NCBI RefSeq assembly: GCF_964355755.1
Contig: NC_092674.1
Span: 4,340,001 to 4,404,000, forward strand
Direction: 5' to 3'
Origin: Antedon mediterranea
Lineage: Eukaryota; Animalia; Echinodermata
Length of the DNA stretch: 64,000 nucleotides
Shown: positions 36,306-49,950 of the stretch, piece by piece
Position numbering within the stretch: position 1 is the stretch's first letter
Layout of the letters: every line of letters starts with the position of its first letter
Program-made: the position numbers and the translations under genes
The notes under the pieces: model-generated
What the model was told of the DNA's origin: nothing
Seen by the model: only the letters and a program-made list of their open reading frames with translations
Databases searched by the model: none

Positions 36306-37548
36306 ATAGATATGAACAACAATGTACAATATTGACAACACCCCATCCAGAGTACAGTAGTACTCAACATATTGTTCAACATATTGTATTGAACATATTG
36401 TTTATGTATTGTCCCCAAAAACGTGAACAATTTAGATTGATAAAACCAGACATTGAATAGAACATTTTAATCAAGAATCCGTCAAAACAGGAAGGAAAAA
36501 ATATGGAAGGAAAAATAATTGTTTCACTATAAAACAAACAGTTAAATTTAATCAAAAAACATTGTCTGACAGGCAATTTGACTTTTTAAGAACAATATTT
36601 TTGTTTTCAATCCAATTTTTGGTCCAAAAAATGGCATATACTGGTATTACTTTAAACATTTTACAAATTAATTTTTCAGAAACAAAATCAATCTAATGTG
36701 CCGAAACTTATATTTTACAATGTGATTTTCAAGATTTAAGTTATATATACCCGCTATTTATTTGTGAATATATTATAGATATCCATATTTAAAAATGTTC
36801 ATTCTCAGGACCCATATCAACCTATTTTTTATGAGTGTTATATGTTAATCTATATTGTATAATAGTCATATAAATATTTATATAAAAATGTGAAGAAAAA
36901 AAAGGTAGGGAAAACAAAAAAAAGGACACTTCGCATTGTAGGCTACTCATGAACTGACCATAGAGATTGAATGACCAAACAAAAAAGTTATAATTAATAT
37001 CTTGTGACATTAAAAAATACTAAAAGTCTAATATGCAAGTGTCTATGCAAGATAAAAGTATGAACATTGTCTGAAATAGACTTGTTTTCAATTAAAGTGT
37101 TATATGCCTTTAACGATGATGTGTTATTGGGAAAAACATTAACAACACAACGCACGACATACTACACATCTGAAAGGTCATAGGTAAACGCATCCATCAA
37201 TGACACGCAAGATGCATAGCAACAAATTTATTTTGCTGTTTTGAAGGATTCACATAGATCATATTCACATATCCACTATTTTAGTTATTTTTCAATGTTG
37301 CATGCAGCTGCCTAGTAGTGTTCTAGTCTATTAGCCACAAAGGTTCAATTTCAATGTTGTCCATTTATTTTACTTCCTGAAGCAAGAAATAACCACATTT
37401 TGTTTCCGTAAAATTTACCAAAATAAAATGCGATTAATTTAGGATGGACTTGTGTGACACATTAAAAAATGGCAAAATGGAATTATATACAGAATATAGC
37501 TTCAAATTGAGTTTTTTATTTCATCTACCATAAAGTAACAAGTCCTAA

Positions 37549-37862
37549 AGCTCTGTCCACACTATCAAACTAGTTAGACAAAATAAGTTTGATGTACCAA
37601 ATATGGTAGTAATACTGACATCATCATGTCCATGTTTTTTTTTTTTTTTATATTTTTTTTTTATTTTATTCAATTTTCAGGTACAACAATACATGACAAT
37701 ACAGCGGTGCAGCACCCTGAGGATTGCCATGAGTGCAAAGCACTATCGAGATGGCTCTCCATATACTGCACTAGAACATATAAGACAAACATATACACAA
37801 GATGCTCTACATAAACAAAGACTTTTTTTTGTCACATAAAGTTTGAAAATGTAGACAGAGCT
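37549..37862. mobile_element. MITE family 1 interrupted by a poly(T)-headed insertion
   Basis: Both TIRs present; about 185-bp insert beginning with a T run at 37635. Confidence 0.75.
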
Positions 37863-38022
37863 TTAAGGTTATTTAATTTCATTTGATTTGACAATAATTG
37901 ATATTAAAATTATAGAAATTGATAGTGTAGACAGAGTACCAATGCAAGCTTTGCAGCCCAAAGATCCCTTTGGATCAAAGCTGCCAACAAACGGTTCTCA
38001 TTCACATGTCCACAACCCTTAC

Positions 38023-38156
38023 CTGGTACTGCTTTGGCCGGAGTGACCACTCGGTTAAAGATGGCCTGTCTCCATGATGTTTGTCTCCTAGGAGTCATTG
38101 GATGATACGGTGATGAGGTCATATGTGTACTTCTTCTATCATCAAAGCTCATTGTC
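38023..38156 (-). CDS. TBC1D1: TBC1D1/4-like exon
   Basis: SWRQAIFNRVVTP resembles SWRQxIFxRVxTP of the family; phase 2-1. Confidence 0.9.
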
Positions 38157-38806
38157 CTGATCAGAAAAAAACAAAAATGCTATAAAATATCAAAATTTTA
38201 AAACTATAAAATAACATAATGTTCTTACATCTTGATATAATATCCCTTTCCTAGCTTAGCAAAAGGAGGATTTCACGCACACCGGGTATGCAACACTAGC
38301 ATTTCATATTGCTAGGAGATGCAAACGTGGTATTCTCTAATAAATATTACATAAACTGAATACTGTAGGCAATTTTGAATGTTGATAAATTGAAAATTTT
38401 AATCAGCCAAAAATGTAATTATTTTAAGTAAGTTTTTAATTCCATTATAATATAAATAAATATTTTATAAAAAAAATGCTTACTGAGATAAACTATTATA
38501 AATTATTAAAATACTAAATTTAAAATTCTAGTCATGATGTAATATAAAAAAAATATTTGATAAATAATATTTCATATTTCAAGCTAAATGAATATTCATA
38601 CAGTAATTAATATGATTCATATACATTTGTATAATATGCCATGCATTAATTATTTACTGTAGTAAAACAGTACAGTACATAGCACAGCAGACAATGGTAA
38701 GATTTAATTCACAGCATAAAACACTACATAACAATTAAATACCATGTCTAGTACACACTTTCTATAACCAGACTAGAATAAAACCTTTTGTATAGTATGA
38801 CTATTA

Positions 38807-38959
38807 AGCTCTGTCCACACTATGAAATTAGAAAAAAAGTGTGATGTGCCCAAATATGGTAGTGATATGCCCAAATATGGTAGTGATATGACATAATCAT
38901 TTCTATATAAGGGCACATCACATTTTGTTGTCATAAAGTTTGATAATGTAAACAGAGCT
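38807..38959. mobile_element. MITE family 1
   Basis: Both TIRs present. Confidence 0.85.
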
Positions 38960-39285
38960 TTAAACAGCCATGTAGCTCCCTGGGAAAACATGATAGCTAA
39001 TTCCACAAGGAATACATAGAAACTGATACATACTCATATTAACTGATATAGTCATATTAAATAATAAAATGTTAAAGCTTTTTAATCACCAGAAATGAAA
39101 ATATCTTGTTAGTTTTTAAAGAAACAATATAATTTTTCATGTTTCTTTTACATAAAAGTTCTTTGCCTTTTACCACTGCAATACAACTGATTAAAATTTC
39201 AATTTACATTGATTAAAACTTAATAGTATTTAAAGTACACTGCAACCAAGAAAGAAAGCTACCAGCTGCCACTCACCTAGAGAGA

Positions 39286-39432
39286 TAGGGAGGATCCATG
39301 TTGGGGCAGGGGTGCTCCTTCCTACAATTTTTTTCCCCCAATTCAATATCTCTTTCGATATGTTTCGACAGACTATTATTAATATCATTATGTTAGCGCT
39401 CCCTGTTTTAAAACTCCTGGATCCTCCCCTGA
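39286..39432. mobile_element. Short hAT-like MITE
   Basis: tagggaggatcca ... tggatcctcccctg, flanked by agaga / agagt. Confidence 0.5.
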
Positions 39433-40195
39433 GAGTAAGACCTTGCCATCACAAAATGGGAAACAAAATTTGATCAATAGTTTTTGTAAATAATAATTTT
39501 AGTTATGAGTATTGATAGAAAGTTAATGTTCATGATAAAAACACATTTTAAAGCTTTAAAATGTGTATTTATCATGAAAATATACTTTTATTAATATTGG
39601 TTTACAAGCTGAGAACTGGGACAGTTGCATTAGTGCTGGGGAGGCCAATGCTTAACAAATTGATCTATGTGATTTATTGCACTGAAAAGCTTGAAATTAA
39701 AAGGTACAGTTATTTTCTTTGTGATGGCAAGCTAGAAGAAAACAGGGAGGTAAGAATAAATACCTCCCAGCTAGAAAGAACAATGGCTACTGTATAATAT
39801 AGCAACTACACCAAAAAACACAACAAAATGACACACATAGATTCTAGAGCAAGGACTACCTATTTATCCAATTGAACAAACATCCCAATATTTATACTCT
39901 CTGTTGAGTGGAATAATTTTTGTAACAAAATCTCAATTAACTCAAAGATCATGAAAACTTTGGGCAAAAGGGAAAATTGGTTTATTGTATACTGTATAGT
40001 ATATAGAGTTTAATGAAAAACATGCACAGAAAATATAACTATGTTTGGCTGAAGCAAACATGTCATATGGCGTAGAATCTATGTATGAGCGTATTAATAG
40101 AATGTATATTTGAAAGTAACAATACTTGAATTAATGAACATGCATCAATAATACAGAATATATTACTGATAGATATTGATCCTTTGATATCTTAC

Positions 40196-40222
40196 CCTTG
40201 GTTCTCACTTGTGTTTTTACTT
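40196..40222 (-). CDS. TBC1D1: Candidate 27-nt in-frame microexon of TBC1D1/4-like gene
   Basis: Pyrimidine tract...aag|AAGTAAAAACACAAGTGAGAACCAAGG|gtaaga; phase 2-2, no stop. Confidence 0.55.
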
Positions 40223-40499
40223 CTTTTGAGTTAAGAAGATTAAAAAGAAACAATTAAAATCAATTTAAGGTTACCACACACAAACAATACCTTTAAAAGG
40301 TTATACAGTACTTTAAAATAAGTTTGAACTTATGATAGATCGAAGGCCATTAGAGATGTTATTAAATTCATATCAAGGCCTGTTGCTTTCTTAAATACAG
40401 CATCTATGGGAAGAGACAATGTGGTTATTCTCTTAACATAAAATATTCACTACCACTTCAATTGTAAAATTGTTTAAAAAAATATAATAATCAATTTAC

Positions 40500-40798
40500 C
40501 TGCTTAATGGCACTGGTGTCCCTCCATACCTGTTGATGACTGGTCTGGGTCTATGTAACTCTTTTCTAACTGGTGGAGAACTTTTCCTTGGTAAAGTTGG
40601 AGTGGTAGGCGAGTCACCTAGTGTTTTACTTCGTGGGCGCATCGGCGTGACTGACGCCTCATAATGGCCCGCTGTGCTATTGTTCTCGCCTTCCATGGAT
40701 GGGCTTTTCTTTGGAAGGGTTCGTTCGTTTTTCACAGGTGAGTAAGTTTGTAAGCTTTTGGCCGGTGATTTCAATGAGTCACCTGGGGACTGTGAATT
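40500..40798 (-). CDS. TBC1D1: TBC1D1/4-like exon (phospho-regulatory region)
   Basis: NSQSPGD...MRPRSKTLGDSP...PLSR; phase 0-2; contains an RxRxxT motif. Confidence 0.8.
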
Positions 40799-41111
40799 CT
40801 GAAAAAACAAAGAAATTTAATTCTTTTCTTTCTGAATTGTTTTGTTTGTTAAAGTACTAGGTTTATTTTGATTGGGAATTTCTATAGGATATTAGTCATG
40901 GGTGTAGAATCTCCTTCACCCAAAAATAAATGCATTATAAATCACTAGTAAGAAAGTATTTGAGACCATTTTCAAAAATGTTGGGAGAGTTTTCAAATTT
41001 TCAGGCCAGGGTCCAAAATCATATATTTATTTACATTTAATAAATCATCATTTGTAAAGGAAAAATTACAATTACTATTATTAATATTATATAAATAAAA
41101 AATTAACTTAC

Positions 41112-41213
41112 ATGGCTAAAACTGTGACTATGAGGTTTGTAGTGAGGGTTGACTAAACTAGCGTCGTCTGCTACTTTCGATGGAGTCTTCTCCGTGTTAC
41201 TCCGACTGCGTCC
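41112..41213 (-). CDS. TBC1D1: TBC1D1/4-like exon (Ser-rich regulatory region)
   Basis: cag|GRSRSNTEKTPSK...HSFSH|gtaagt; 102 nt, phase 0-0, open frame. Confidence 0.75.
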
Positions 41214-41645
41214 CTGTACGTATGTGACAGAACAGTAAACATTATGTTGATGGTTTGAGCAATTATGCAACGAAATCAATAGTTAGAGTATCCATGGCCT
41301 TGTCAGAAGAATGGAATATCTAAGCAGCCTAACAAGTTAACTATTGAATGTTAATTGTTATTGAACAACCTTGCATTAATGAACACTTATGTAAATTTTT
41401 AGTCAATCAATTGATGTTACTATTTAGATATGATTCTAAATTAGACATTATACAATCATTTTAATTACATTCCTCTGACAGTGACAGACTCAATCTGGTG
41501 ACATCTATGACCTTTAACCCCTCATTGGTTACGGTACCAACTATAAACCTGCATGGACCTTGATATCATTAACACATATTGTGTTAAAATCAATATTATC
41601 AAGAAACGGCAATACAATCACGATTATTAATAATTGATACTTTAC

Positions 41646-41756
41646 CTTGGACAAGAAGCTATCAAGTAATGATCGCTTTGCCCTGTTCTTAAAATTCTCA
41701 AGTTTTGACGTCGGAGGTACTGGTTTGGGATCCATTGTGTTTGTCTTTGGTGATTC
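41646..41756 (-). CDS. TBC1D1: TBC1D1/4-like exon
   Basis: ...KLENFKNRAKRSLLDSFLSK resembles LKNKAKRSL of the family; phase 0-0. Confidence 0.85.
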
Positions 41757-41898
41757 CTAGATATAACAAAAGAATAAATAAAAATGTACTTTAAAAGAGG
41801 TTTTTATACAATTCATTGAATAAAAACTCAATAATTAATTAGATACAGTAAATGCATTGTAATGACAAAAGAATCACAAACAACAAAACACAATCAAT

Positions 41899-42053
41899 GC
41901 ACTGTCTACACTATAAAACTCTATGTGACAGTGGCATGCACAAATATGGTAGTGTTATGCCAAAATATGGTAGTGATATGACATCATCATGCTCATATAT
42001 GGGCACACCACACATTTTTTTTGTCAAAATAGTTTGATAGTGTAGACAGAGCT
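41899..42053. mobile_element. MITE family 1
   Basis: Both TIRs present. Confidence 0.82.
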
Positions 42054-43807
42054 TTAGATAAAGAGAATAGTAGTCATGTGGTTCCACACCACAGAAACGT
42101 ACAGTAACATAGGGCCAAAGCCTGTTTTCTACAAGCATGAATCGTGTGTCAGCATATTTCAACCTTTAAAATAAATCCCTTTCTGTGATAAATTTAGTTC
42201 CTCAAGTTTTTGCTTCACTGAAAATTAGTAATTTTTAGTAGATGTATTGTCCCTTTGACTAATTCCAAGAAAATAAAAAATAAAAGATTTCGAAAAAAGG
42301 TGGGTCATTTTGAAGTATCATAATAGTTATTAACTATAGTATCACCAAAAATTTTTCGAAAAAAAAAAAAATTTAACTGAAATACAGACGTTTTTTTGTT
42401 TAAAAAATAACTTTGACTTCCAGTCAAAGTTTTCAATCAAAACATATCCCATAATGAAACGAGCTTGTTTGGCTACTCTCTATGCATAATCATAAAACTT
42501 CCTCATGATCTGTGTGAAAATACCTTCTTAACCGTGACGAGTTGTAAACAATCCTAATTTAGCATATGCATAATGCGTACTCATGGTTTGAAATCTTTGT
42601 TTACTTTCGCTCGTGACGATTTTCCAGATGAAATGTAATCAAACTAATTTACCTGTTAATTACGTAAACCTATTGTTTTTGGCTCAAATTTTCGACTAAA
42701 AGTGAATAACTTTAATATTACTTTGATATGGCCACTTTAAATTTAGAATATTTTTTTGTGTTTAAAGGGACAATACATCTTTAAGCGAAAAAAAACAACC
42801 AATCAGAGCTCATGAAATGCACACATGCAAATCGTAACGCCTAGCAGAAAAATCGCAGCTATTCGCTTTTGTAATGAAAAATTATATAAGGTAGCGCAAT
42901 TTTTTTCTGCAAAAAATACTTTATAGATGTTTGTTGATGACAATAAAGGTCGGCTTTGAATCATTCATATCCTCTATTCAGAGAACACTATTCTATGGCC
43001 TGATAAATCTATATTAGCAATTAATTAAGGAAGTTTCAAAGACATAATATGTTCCCAAAACCCTGCTTCTAAAAAGTGGCCCCCAATTGGAGATACTGTA
43101 CAAAGTACTATATTTTTAGTACTTTTCAATCTATTGGATAAACAAAAAAGAAAAATTCTCTCCTATTGCATTAGGACCCAAATGAAATTATTTCAAGATC
43201 AAAGATACTAAGCTGTATAAGTATAAACACATCCTTGGGGTAGAAAGACTTTACCTCTGAAATGCGAGTAACTTTCAGCCAAGTGATGCATGTGCTTATT
43301 TATACTAAAGCTTATTATTTCAATCCTAATCCAGTATAAATATATATTTCAATTCAATTCAATTCAATCCTTAAGGATAGTAAACTAAAAATATCAAACT
43401 ATTTTGACAAAAAAATATCTGATGTACCCAAATATGGTAATATGACATCATCATGTCCATACATGGGCACATCACATTTTGTTTGAGAGGCAGGCTTCAG
43501 TACCAGCCTGAAGCAGATCCAAGATGTGTGGAAAGGAACGCCAAATGTGGCATCTTTTATCGACCTTAAAAATATTTTTTTTTGTCTGACTATACGTAAG
43601 TACTATTCATATGTTATTGTTTAAAGGTTTGCATGGTGAAATCAAATGTTGATATAAAGTTCTCAATCCTGTGGATGATCAAAGCATATATTGATCGAAA
43701 CTTCGGGAAACTCAACAGTTTTTTTCAGAACTAATATACGTGATGTACCGCAAACTTTATATCAACACTTTTTGGTTCGTTTTTGGCCAGGGTTCATTTT
43801 ACTGTAC

Positions 43808-43930
43808 CTGTGGTTTCTTTTCTTGAGTATGGCTAATGTGAATATGTACTTTCTGATCTTGTCTACAGATACCCAATAACATACTCATCATTCTCTCATT
43901 CTCCTCTTGTTTAGTTTTAAATTTTGCATC
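43808..43930 (-). CDS. TBC1D1: TBC1D1/4-like exon
   Basis: DAKFKTKQEENERMMSML...QKVHIHI resembles QxENE...QKxHxHI of the family; phase 0-0. Confidence 0.85.
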
Positions 43931-43963
43931 CTAAAAGAAAAAAAAAACATATTTATATTTTAA

Positions 43964-44130
43964 AGCTCTGTTTACACTATCAAACTTTATGTTACCAAAA
44001 AAATGTGATGTGACCATATGGACATGATGATGTCATATCAATACCATAATTTGGGAACACCACATTTTTTTTTTTTTAACTTGTAGTCATATCACTACAA
44101 TATTTGGGCAGCATCACATATTTTTTTGCT
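43964..44130. mobile_element. MITE family 1, rearranged
   Basis: Left TIR plus a duplicated internal segment. Confidence 0.7.
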
Positions 44131-45271
44131 TTAGATTAGAATGTAAAACAATCCTTAAAAAGTTTTCATTTTCCAAATGAATTCTTAAAAACTAAAAAAT
44201 TCATACTATACTAGGTGTGGTTTACACTGTCAGAAAACTAGGTCATCTGTAAATAGTACTGAACAATAAACTTGATATAAATATAGATTTTTATTTTTCA
44301 ATCAATAAAGTGACTTTCTCAATGTATTATTTTATTATTCATAAGTCAATAATGTACAGTACCTCACTGAATAATTTCACAAAATAATAGGAACAAATAT
44401 TACTTATAAATCAAATACTGGTAATAATATTATACAAAATGGTGATATACTTTATGAACAAGTATAAATAAATGCTAATTTCAGTATGTATTATTAAGGT
44501 CAAAAGGTCAAACCACATACTAAGATTTCCCATGTGCAAATTAAATTAGAAAACTTGTTAACAACATCTTGGAAAATGTCGGATTTTACAAGTCACAAGT
44601 TTGAACATTGTATAAAACAAGAACAATTTTTGGTGAAATTTATAATGTAGAAAAAGACCTTATTTAATCTGAGCTAAATCTGCAAAATTTAGCTCAGAGT
44701 TAAATATGATTATCTTTAGACACTTTGTCATAGAATGTCGATAAGTAATATTGATCATTTTCACTTGTTTTTATGTCATTATTTGATATGCAGAGGATAA
44801 AAAAAAGAAATCCAATTACTTATAAATACATTTAAAATCCTGGTTTAACTTATGCATACAGGAATTGAATACTATAATATGTTAAAAAATATGCAGCAGC
44901 ATGATGTCCATATTGGCAACACACATGGAAAATTAATTATTTCTTTATAGTGAAATATCACAGTTGAAAATAACAGGTTAAAAACATTGTAAAATCTTCA
45001 ATATAAAACAGCATTAATTTCTCCCAGTGAAATCTTATTGTATGTGTAGTGCTGGTACAATCAGTTGCCCGATGTTCCAGGGCAATCAACAAGTTATGTG
45101 GGCAACTTAAAAAACTTCGTCTCCAGTTTATGGTGAAGAAATTTGGATAAAAATAAAGAGGAACCAAAAAATTGCAAAGAGAAACAAAAAATTGCAAAGA
45201 GCAACAAAATCGTTCTGTGTTTCTGCAAACACTGATCAGTGATATTCAACTCAATAAATTATATCTGTCTA

Positions 45272-45573
45272 TGTGAGTGAGTGGTCGAGTGGTTGAAGAC
45301 AGTGGAACCGTAATTACGTAGCCATAAAATCGGCAAGGGTTCGAGGCTCACTCGCTCCATGGTTTTGGTGGTAGAATGAGTCTTCTCAGATAAGGACTAT
45401 ATAAACCATAGGTCCAGTGTACACATCTAAACTCATGTGCACTTTAAAGAACCTAGTAAATCTTTAAGACGAGTAGGGGTCCCCCGGTAGTATACACACA
45501 GCCACTGTCACTCAAGCCACTGATCATATCTCTGAGAGACCAATCTTTGACTGAAGAGGTTACCCAGTATAAA
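45272..45573 (+). mobile_element. Full-length copy of the same tRNA-derived SINE
   Basis: gtggtcgagtggtt A box, ggttcgaggctc B box; same core and 3' end as the 31793 copy. Confidence 0.82.
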
Positions 45574-45663
45574 TTTTAATAAATAAAATCAAAAACAAAT
45601 AAATTAATAAATAAAAAAAAGTACAGTATAATACAGTACTATAGTATGTATGATACTATATTA

Positions 45664-45793
45664 AGCTCTGTCTACACTATCAAACTTTATGTGACAACAA
45701 AATGTGATGTGTGGACATGATGATGATATCACTACAGTTTTTGGGCACATCACACTTCTGTTATCAAACTAGTTTGATAGTGTAGACAGAGTT
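45664..45793. mobile_element. MITE family 1
   Basis: Both TIRs present. Confidence 0.82.
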
Positions 45794-47982
45794 TTATAGT
45801 ACATTCCTCACCCAAGATTAGATTTTTGTCATCCACAATTTACATTTCTCTTACACGACCCACTATTGTTGAAATCTAATGTATTACTTACAACATGCAT
45901 TCACTCAATTCACGTAATCTGCATTTTACATACAAAAAATCCTACCTTACACTTTCAACTAATCCCGATAAGAACACCGCCAGCAAAATGATAAAATTTC
46001 CCAGAAATATCAAAAAGAGTAGGCGGATTTACAAGAGAGTGAAATGAAATGCTACTTTTAATGAATGACTGGGCACGTAATGAAATTTAAAACAGTGGCA
46101 AGAATGAATGTCAAGAATCTGTGGCTCTGAAGGAAGGAAATTGACTGCAAGTCTCTCGTCACATCTGACTGATGTTTGTGAAGTTCATTAAAGTTGGAAG
46201 AAAACAATATAACAAAGTTTGATGAATACTGTGTAATGTTATAAAGTATTTACAATAACATTTAAATATTTTTGTATTATTAAAAAAAAAATTTGAATTT
46301 TTACTTTTAATTAATTTAGAAAATCTTCAATATATATTTTTAAATGACTGCAACATCTACAAATTGATACAAAAACTGATTTAAGGGAATAAGCCCATGA
46401 GCCTATATTAGATCTGCATTAAAGTATAGTATAGAGCTGTATACAATGTTATGCTCCATGGTAATAAGTATACAAGTTATATTACATTTTAACCAATTTG
46501 ATGTTTAAAATGTGAGTTTGTTAAATACGTGTATCAGAATTGTTTGACAAAAAATAATGAAATATAAATTATATTATTATTTTATTATAATAAAACAATA
46601 AAGCATATTATAATATTTATATGAAAAATGTTTATTTTGTATAGTTTTCCATTCAAAGTGTTATCACAGGTAAAAAGTCCAGTTACTACAGTAGTCCTAA
46701 ACTAAAACATATCCAGAAACTTTGATAACAAAATCAAATAATCTTACCTTGTGACTACATTAAAGGAATACTTTAGGCCTACAATGTATATTCCATATTA
46801 AACTGCTATCGAACTGTTACATACTCATTAAACCAGTAGTGTACAATATAATAACAGCGTTTCTTTATATTATTATACCTGAATTAATCTTTATTAAACA
46901 GACTTTCTTTCAAGTTCAATGGGCTTTTGTTATTTAGATTCTGGTTTGTTATTATAGGTAGCCAGAATACAATGACCAAACCACATGAACTACTAGCCTA
47001 TGTTAGTTTACAATACAAGACAGAGGAAACTAAACATAAAATAACAGCAGATAAACAAATATTAAAAAGATGTATTTATTGGTTTGAATTATCGATTTTT
47101 TTAATCCAAACTTCCTGAAAAAATGCTTTTTAAAGAAGGTTTGTACATACTTCCTTTTCAAATTAAATATTATTAAATAAAATTTGTAGAAAATTTGTAT
47201 CAAAATGTTTGTACAATCACGGAGGTACTTAATTTATGAATATTAATATTCAATTAATTGATACCTTATAGGCCTATAAATAAAATGAATCTCAAGCAAT
47301 GCTGTATTAATTACACAAACAAATATCCAAATTCATATTAATTTTTATTTTAAATATTTAACTCGATAGCAATATTTGATAGTATTTTGCTTTTATTCAA
47401 TTCGACAGACATACAGAATTAGATTTGTTTTCTCCCAGCCTTTTGCGAATAACGAATAATATTCCATTAGCTTTTCGGATACGTAAACAAAATTATACTT
47501 CACTATAGATAAAAGAAATAAGGATGGAATTCAAATGAAAATCTTTCAAATTAATTTGGAACCAGATACATCTCTTTAAATGTTTCCAGGCGAATGTTCA
47601 TATAGACTTAATGTATAAAAACCAATACAGGTAATTGTCCACACACACACACAACAAAAACAGCGTTTGCTGTTATAGAGTAAAGCGACCAATCACGATC
47701 ATGCTCATCACATTAAGTAAAACTTACAGTGGTAATAAAGTCGTTTTATATTGTGATTTGTATACACGATACTACTGGCTTCAGGCTATCCAATATCACA
47801 TTGTTGATTGATAACACGTAATATCTCAATATCTGACACATTTTCTAATTAAAAAACATGACTACATTATTTTTCTACTAGTAAAAGACAATAAAAATAT
47901 TTATAATCAATTTGCAAATTAAACAAAACACACTCCATTTCCATCCAGTCCAATATACAGTATCTCAATTACTTTTTCTTAA

Positions 47983-48142
47983 AGCTCGGTCTACACTATC
48001 AAACTTTATGTGACAACAAAAATGTGATGTGCCATATATGGACATCATGATGTCATATCACTACCATATTTGGGCATTTTACTACCATATTTTGGCACAT
48101 CAAACTTTTTTGTCAAACTAGTTTGATAGTGTAGACAGAGCG
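47983..48142. mobile_element. MITE family 1
   Basis: Both TIRs present. Confidence 0.85.
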
Positions 48143-48510
48143 TTAGAGTATTAAATCATTCTCAAGCCATGTGGTTTGGTCTGAGCCTCAATAACTGATT
48201 TCTAATTGTATTGTTTGAGACTGAGAATGTGTACAGTCTTTTTAGCCTTCATACACTCACATCATTTTACTAGTCCAAACCAGGTAAATGAGCCTGAGAA
48301 CTGGTTCTTATTTGTCAACAGACATTGCGGATGGTGTTAATGTAACCAACCCGGAAGAACAGTGTTGACTAAACTAGATAGATGCTTGTCTGGTATCTGC
48401 ATCTAGCATCTGCCTCAGACCTCTGGTCAAGGTGGGCACTGGACGAGAGAAGCCCTTGATCAATGTTAGGACCAATCAAGGTGCTTTAAACAGTCTTGGC
48501 TTTGTTTGTA

Positions 48511-48587
48511 TCAAACCTGTTAGTGGCGGTAATTATCGCTGTTGGTTTCGATTAAATAAAAAAAAATAAAAATAAAATAAAAATAAA
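48511..48587 (+). mobile_element. Short retroelement 3' end with (aaaat)n tail
   Basis: tcaaacctgttagtggcggta.ttatcgctgttggttt plus tail; second copy at about 19552-19625. Confidence 0.6.
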
Positions 48588-49950
48588 TTAGAACTTGAAG
48601 GTGCCGATACACAAGCTCCAGTATAGCGAGAATGGTGACAGAACAGGTTACATCGGGTCAAATTACAATCTACTGCATATTGATTCTATTCCATTGCCAT
48701 TTTCGTATTACTGCATCGCGCGGCTGTATGTAAATTTATCATGCTCATTCAACCATGACATCAATCTAACTGACCTGCTTTTAATACTAATGACGTAAAA
48801 TATAATTTATATAAAAAAATAAGTAACTAATATAGAAGCATCATGACCAACACCCGATGTTTCCCTCAAAAGTTTATGAGTAAACAATACACACGTACGG
48901 TAATAATAAACCAATTTCACTATGAATTTAACGACTGATTCACTTTTCTCTTGTCAGGAGTATTTGATGTGAAAACGTATGACCAAGACCAGCGAATGTC
49001 GTGAAAACAATTTATATATTGCTTACATATTCACACATTTGATAATTTAAAGAGTATAGTGCCAAGATTGCTAAGTCTGCTTTAGGTTGTATCTTTTTGG
49101 AAAATATTATAAGTACAAAAAACTGAGATTTTAATTGAAAATTGCATAATTGTTTTGGAATGCATTTATAGTTGGAAAACATTTTGTTACTATCACATTA
49201 AATAAAATAACATGATATTACAGTAGAATCTAATTCATGGACTCAAGTATAAGCCCATGGGCCTTTCAATCTTCTGCCGAAACAGTTTTGAAAAATATTA
49301 CATAAAATAGTAGTGGTAGGTCTGACCATTGCAAAAATTACCAAAAGCAATCGAATGCTATATTTTGTCAGTTGGATCAATAGAGTACAATATATTTTAC
49401 TTTTTTTTTGTATTTGGATATAGATACAGTACTGTACATATTATACTAAAAAAACTATGATTTGGTACTTTGCTTTATAATTGTTCGAAATTGATTTCTA
49501 TTGGGAGAACTGCTTTATCCGATTAAATAAGATTAGACCCAGAGTAGGTTTACAGTATATGTATTGTATAGGAATTTAATATTAAAAAGTGAATAATAAT
49601 TAAATATTCCTTTACTGTATGAAAAAGCTGCGTTCAATTTAATTAATTCATGTTTAAAGGGACATGTAAAGCAAATAAACACGTAACGAAACAAAAAATA
49701 AATTGAACACTAATTACAAATATGTAATTAACAGCCAATTCAATTCTTGACGCTTGAGTGACTTCAAATAATATAAGTGTGTCGTAAAGTCAATGCATAG
49801 TAATTCAATGAACATTATACATTCATTCTCTTACAGTGTATACTGGCCTTATACTGTACACATTGAATGTTTTGCAAAAACAACCATCCTTCATCTCTCT
49901 ATTATTACCTCAGTACCATCTACAGTATCTATCAACTTTAACTTCATTAC

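Noticed and set aside
41911-42162. ORF with a T-box-like phrase (LWPYVTVRFCGVEPHDYYSLYL)
   Set aside because: It has a non-ATG start, runs into a MITE and has no other T-box exons nearby. Probably chance, although a quick BLAST would settle it.
43255-43310. Possible extra exon with a strong GTAAAG donor
   Set aside because: I found no acceptor giving an open, phase-compatible frame between the flanking phase-0 exons.
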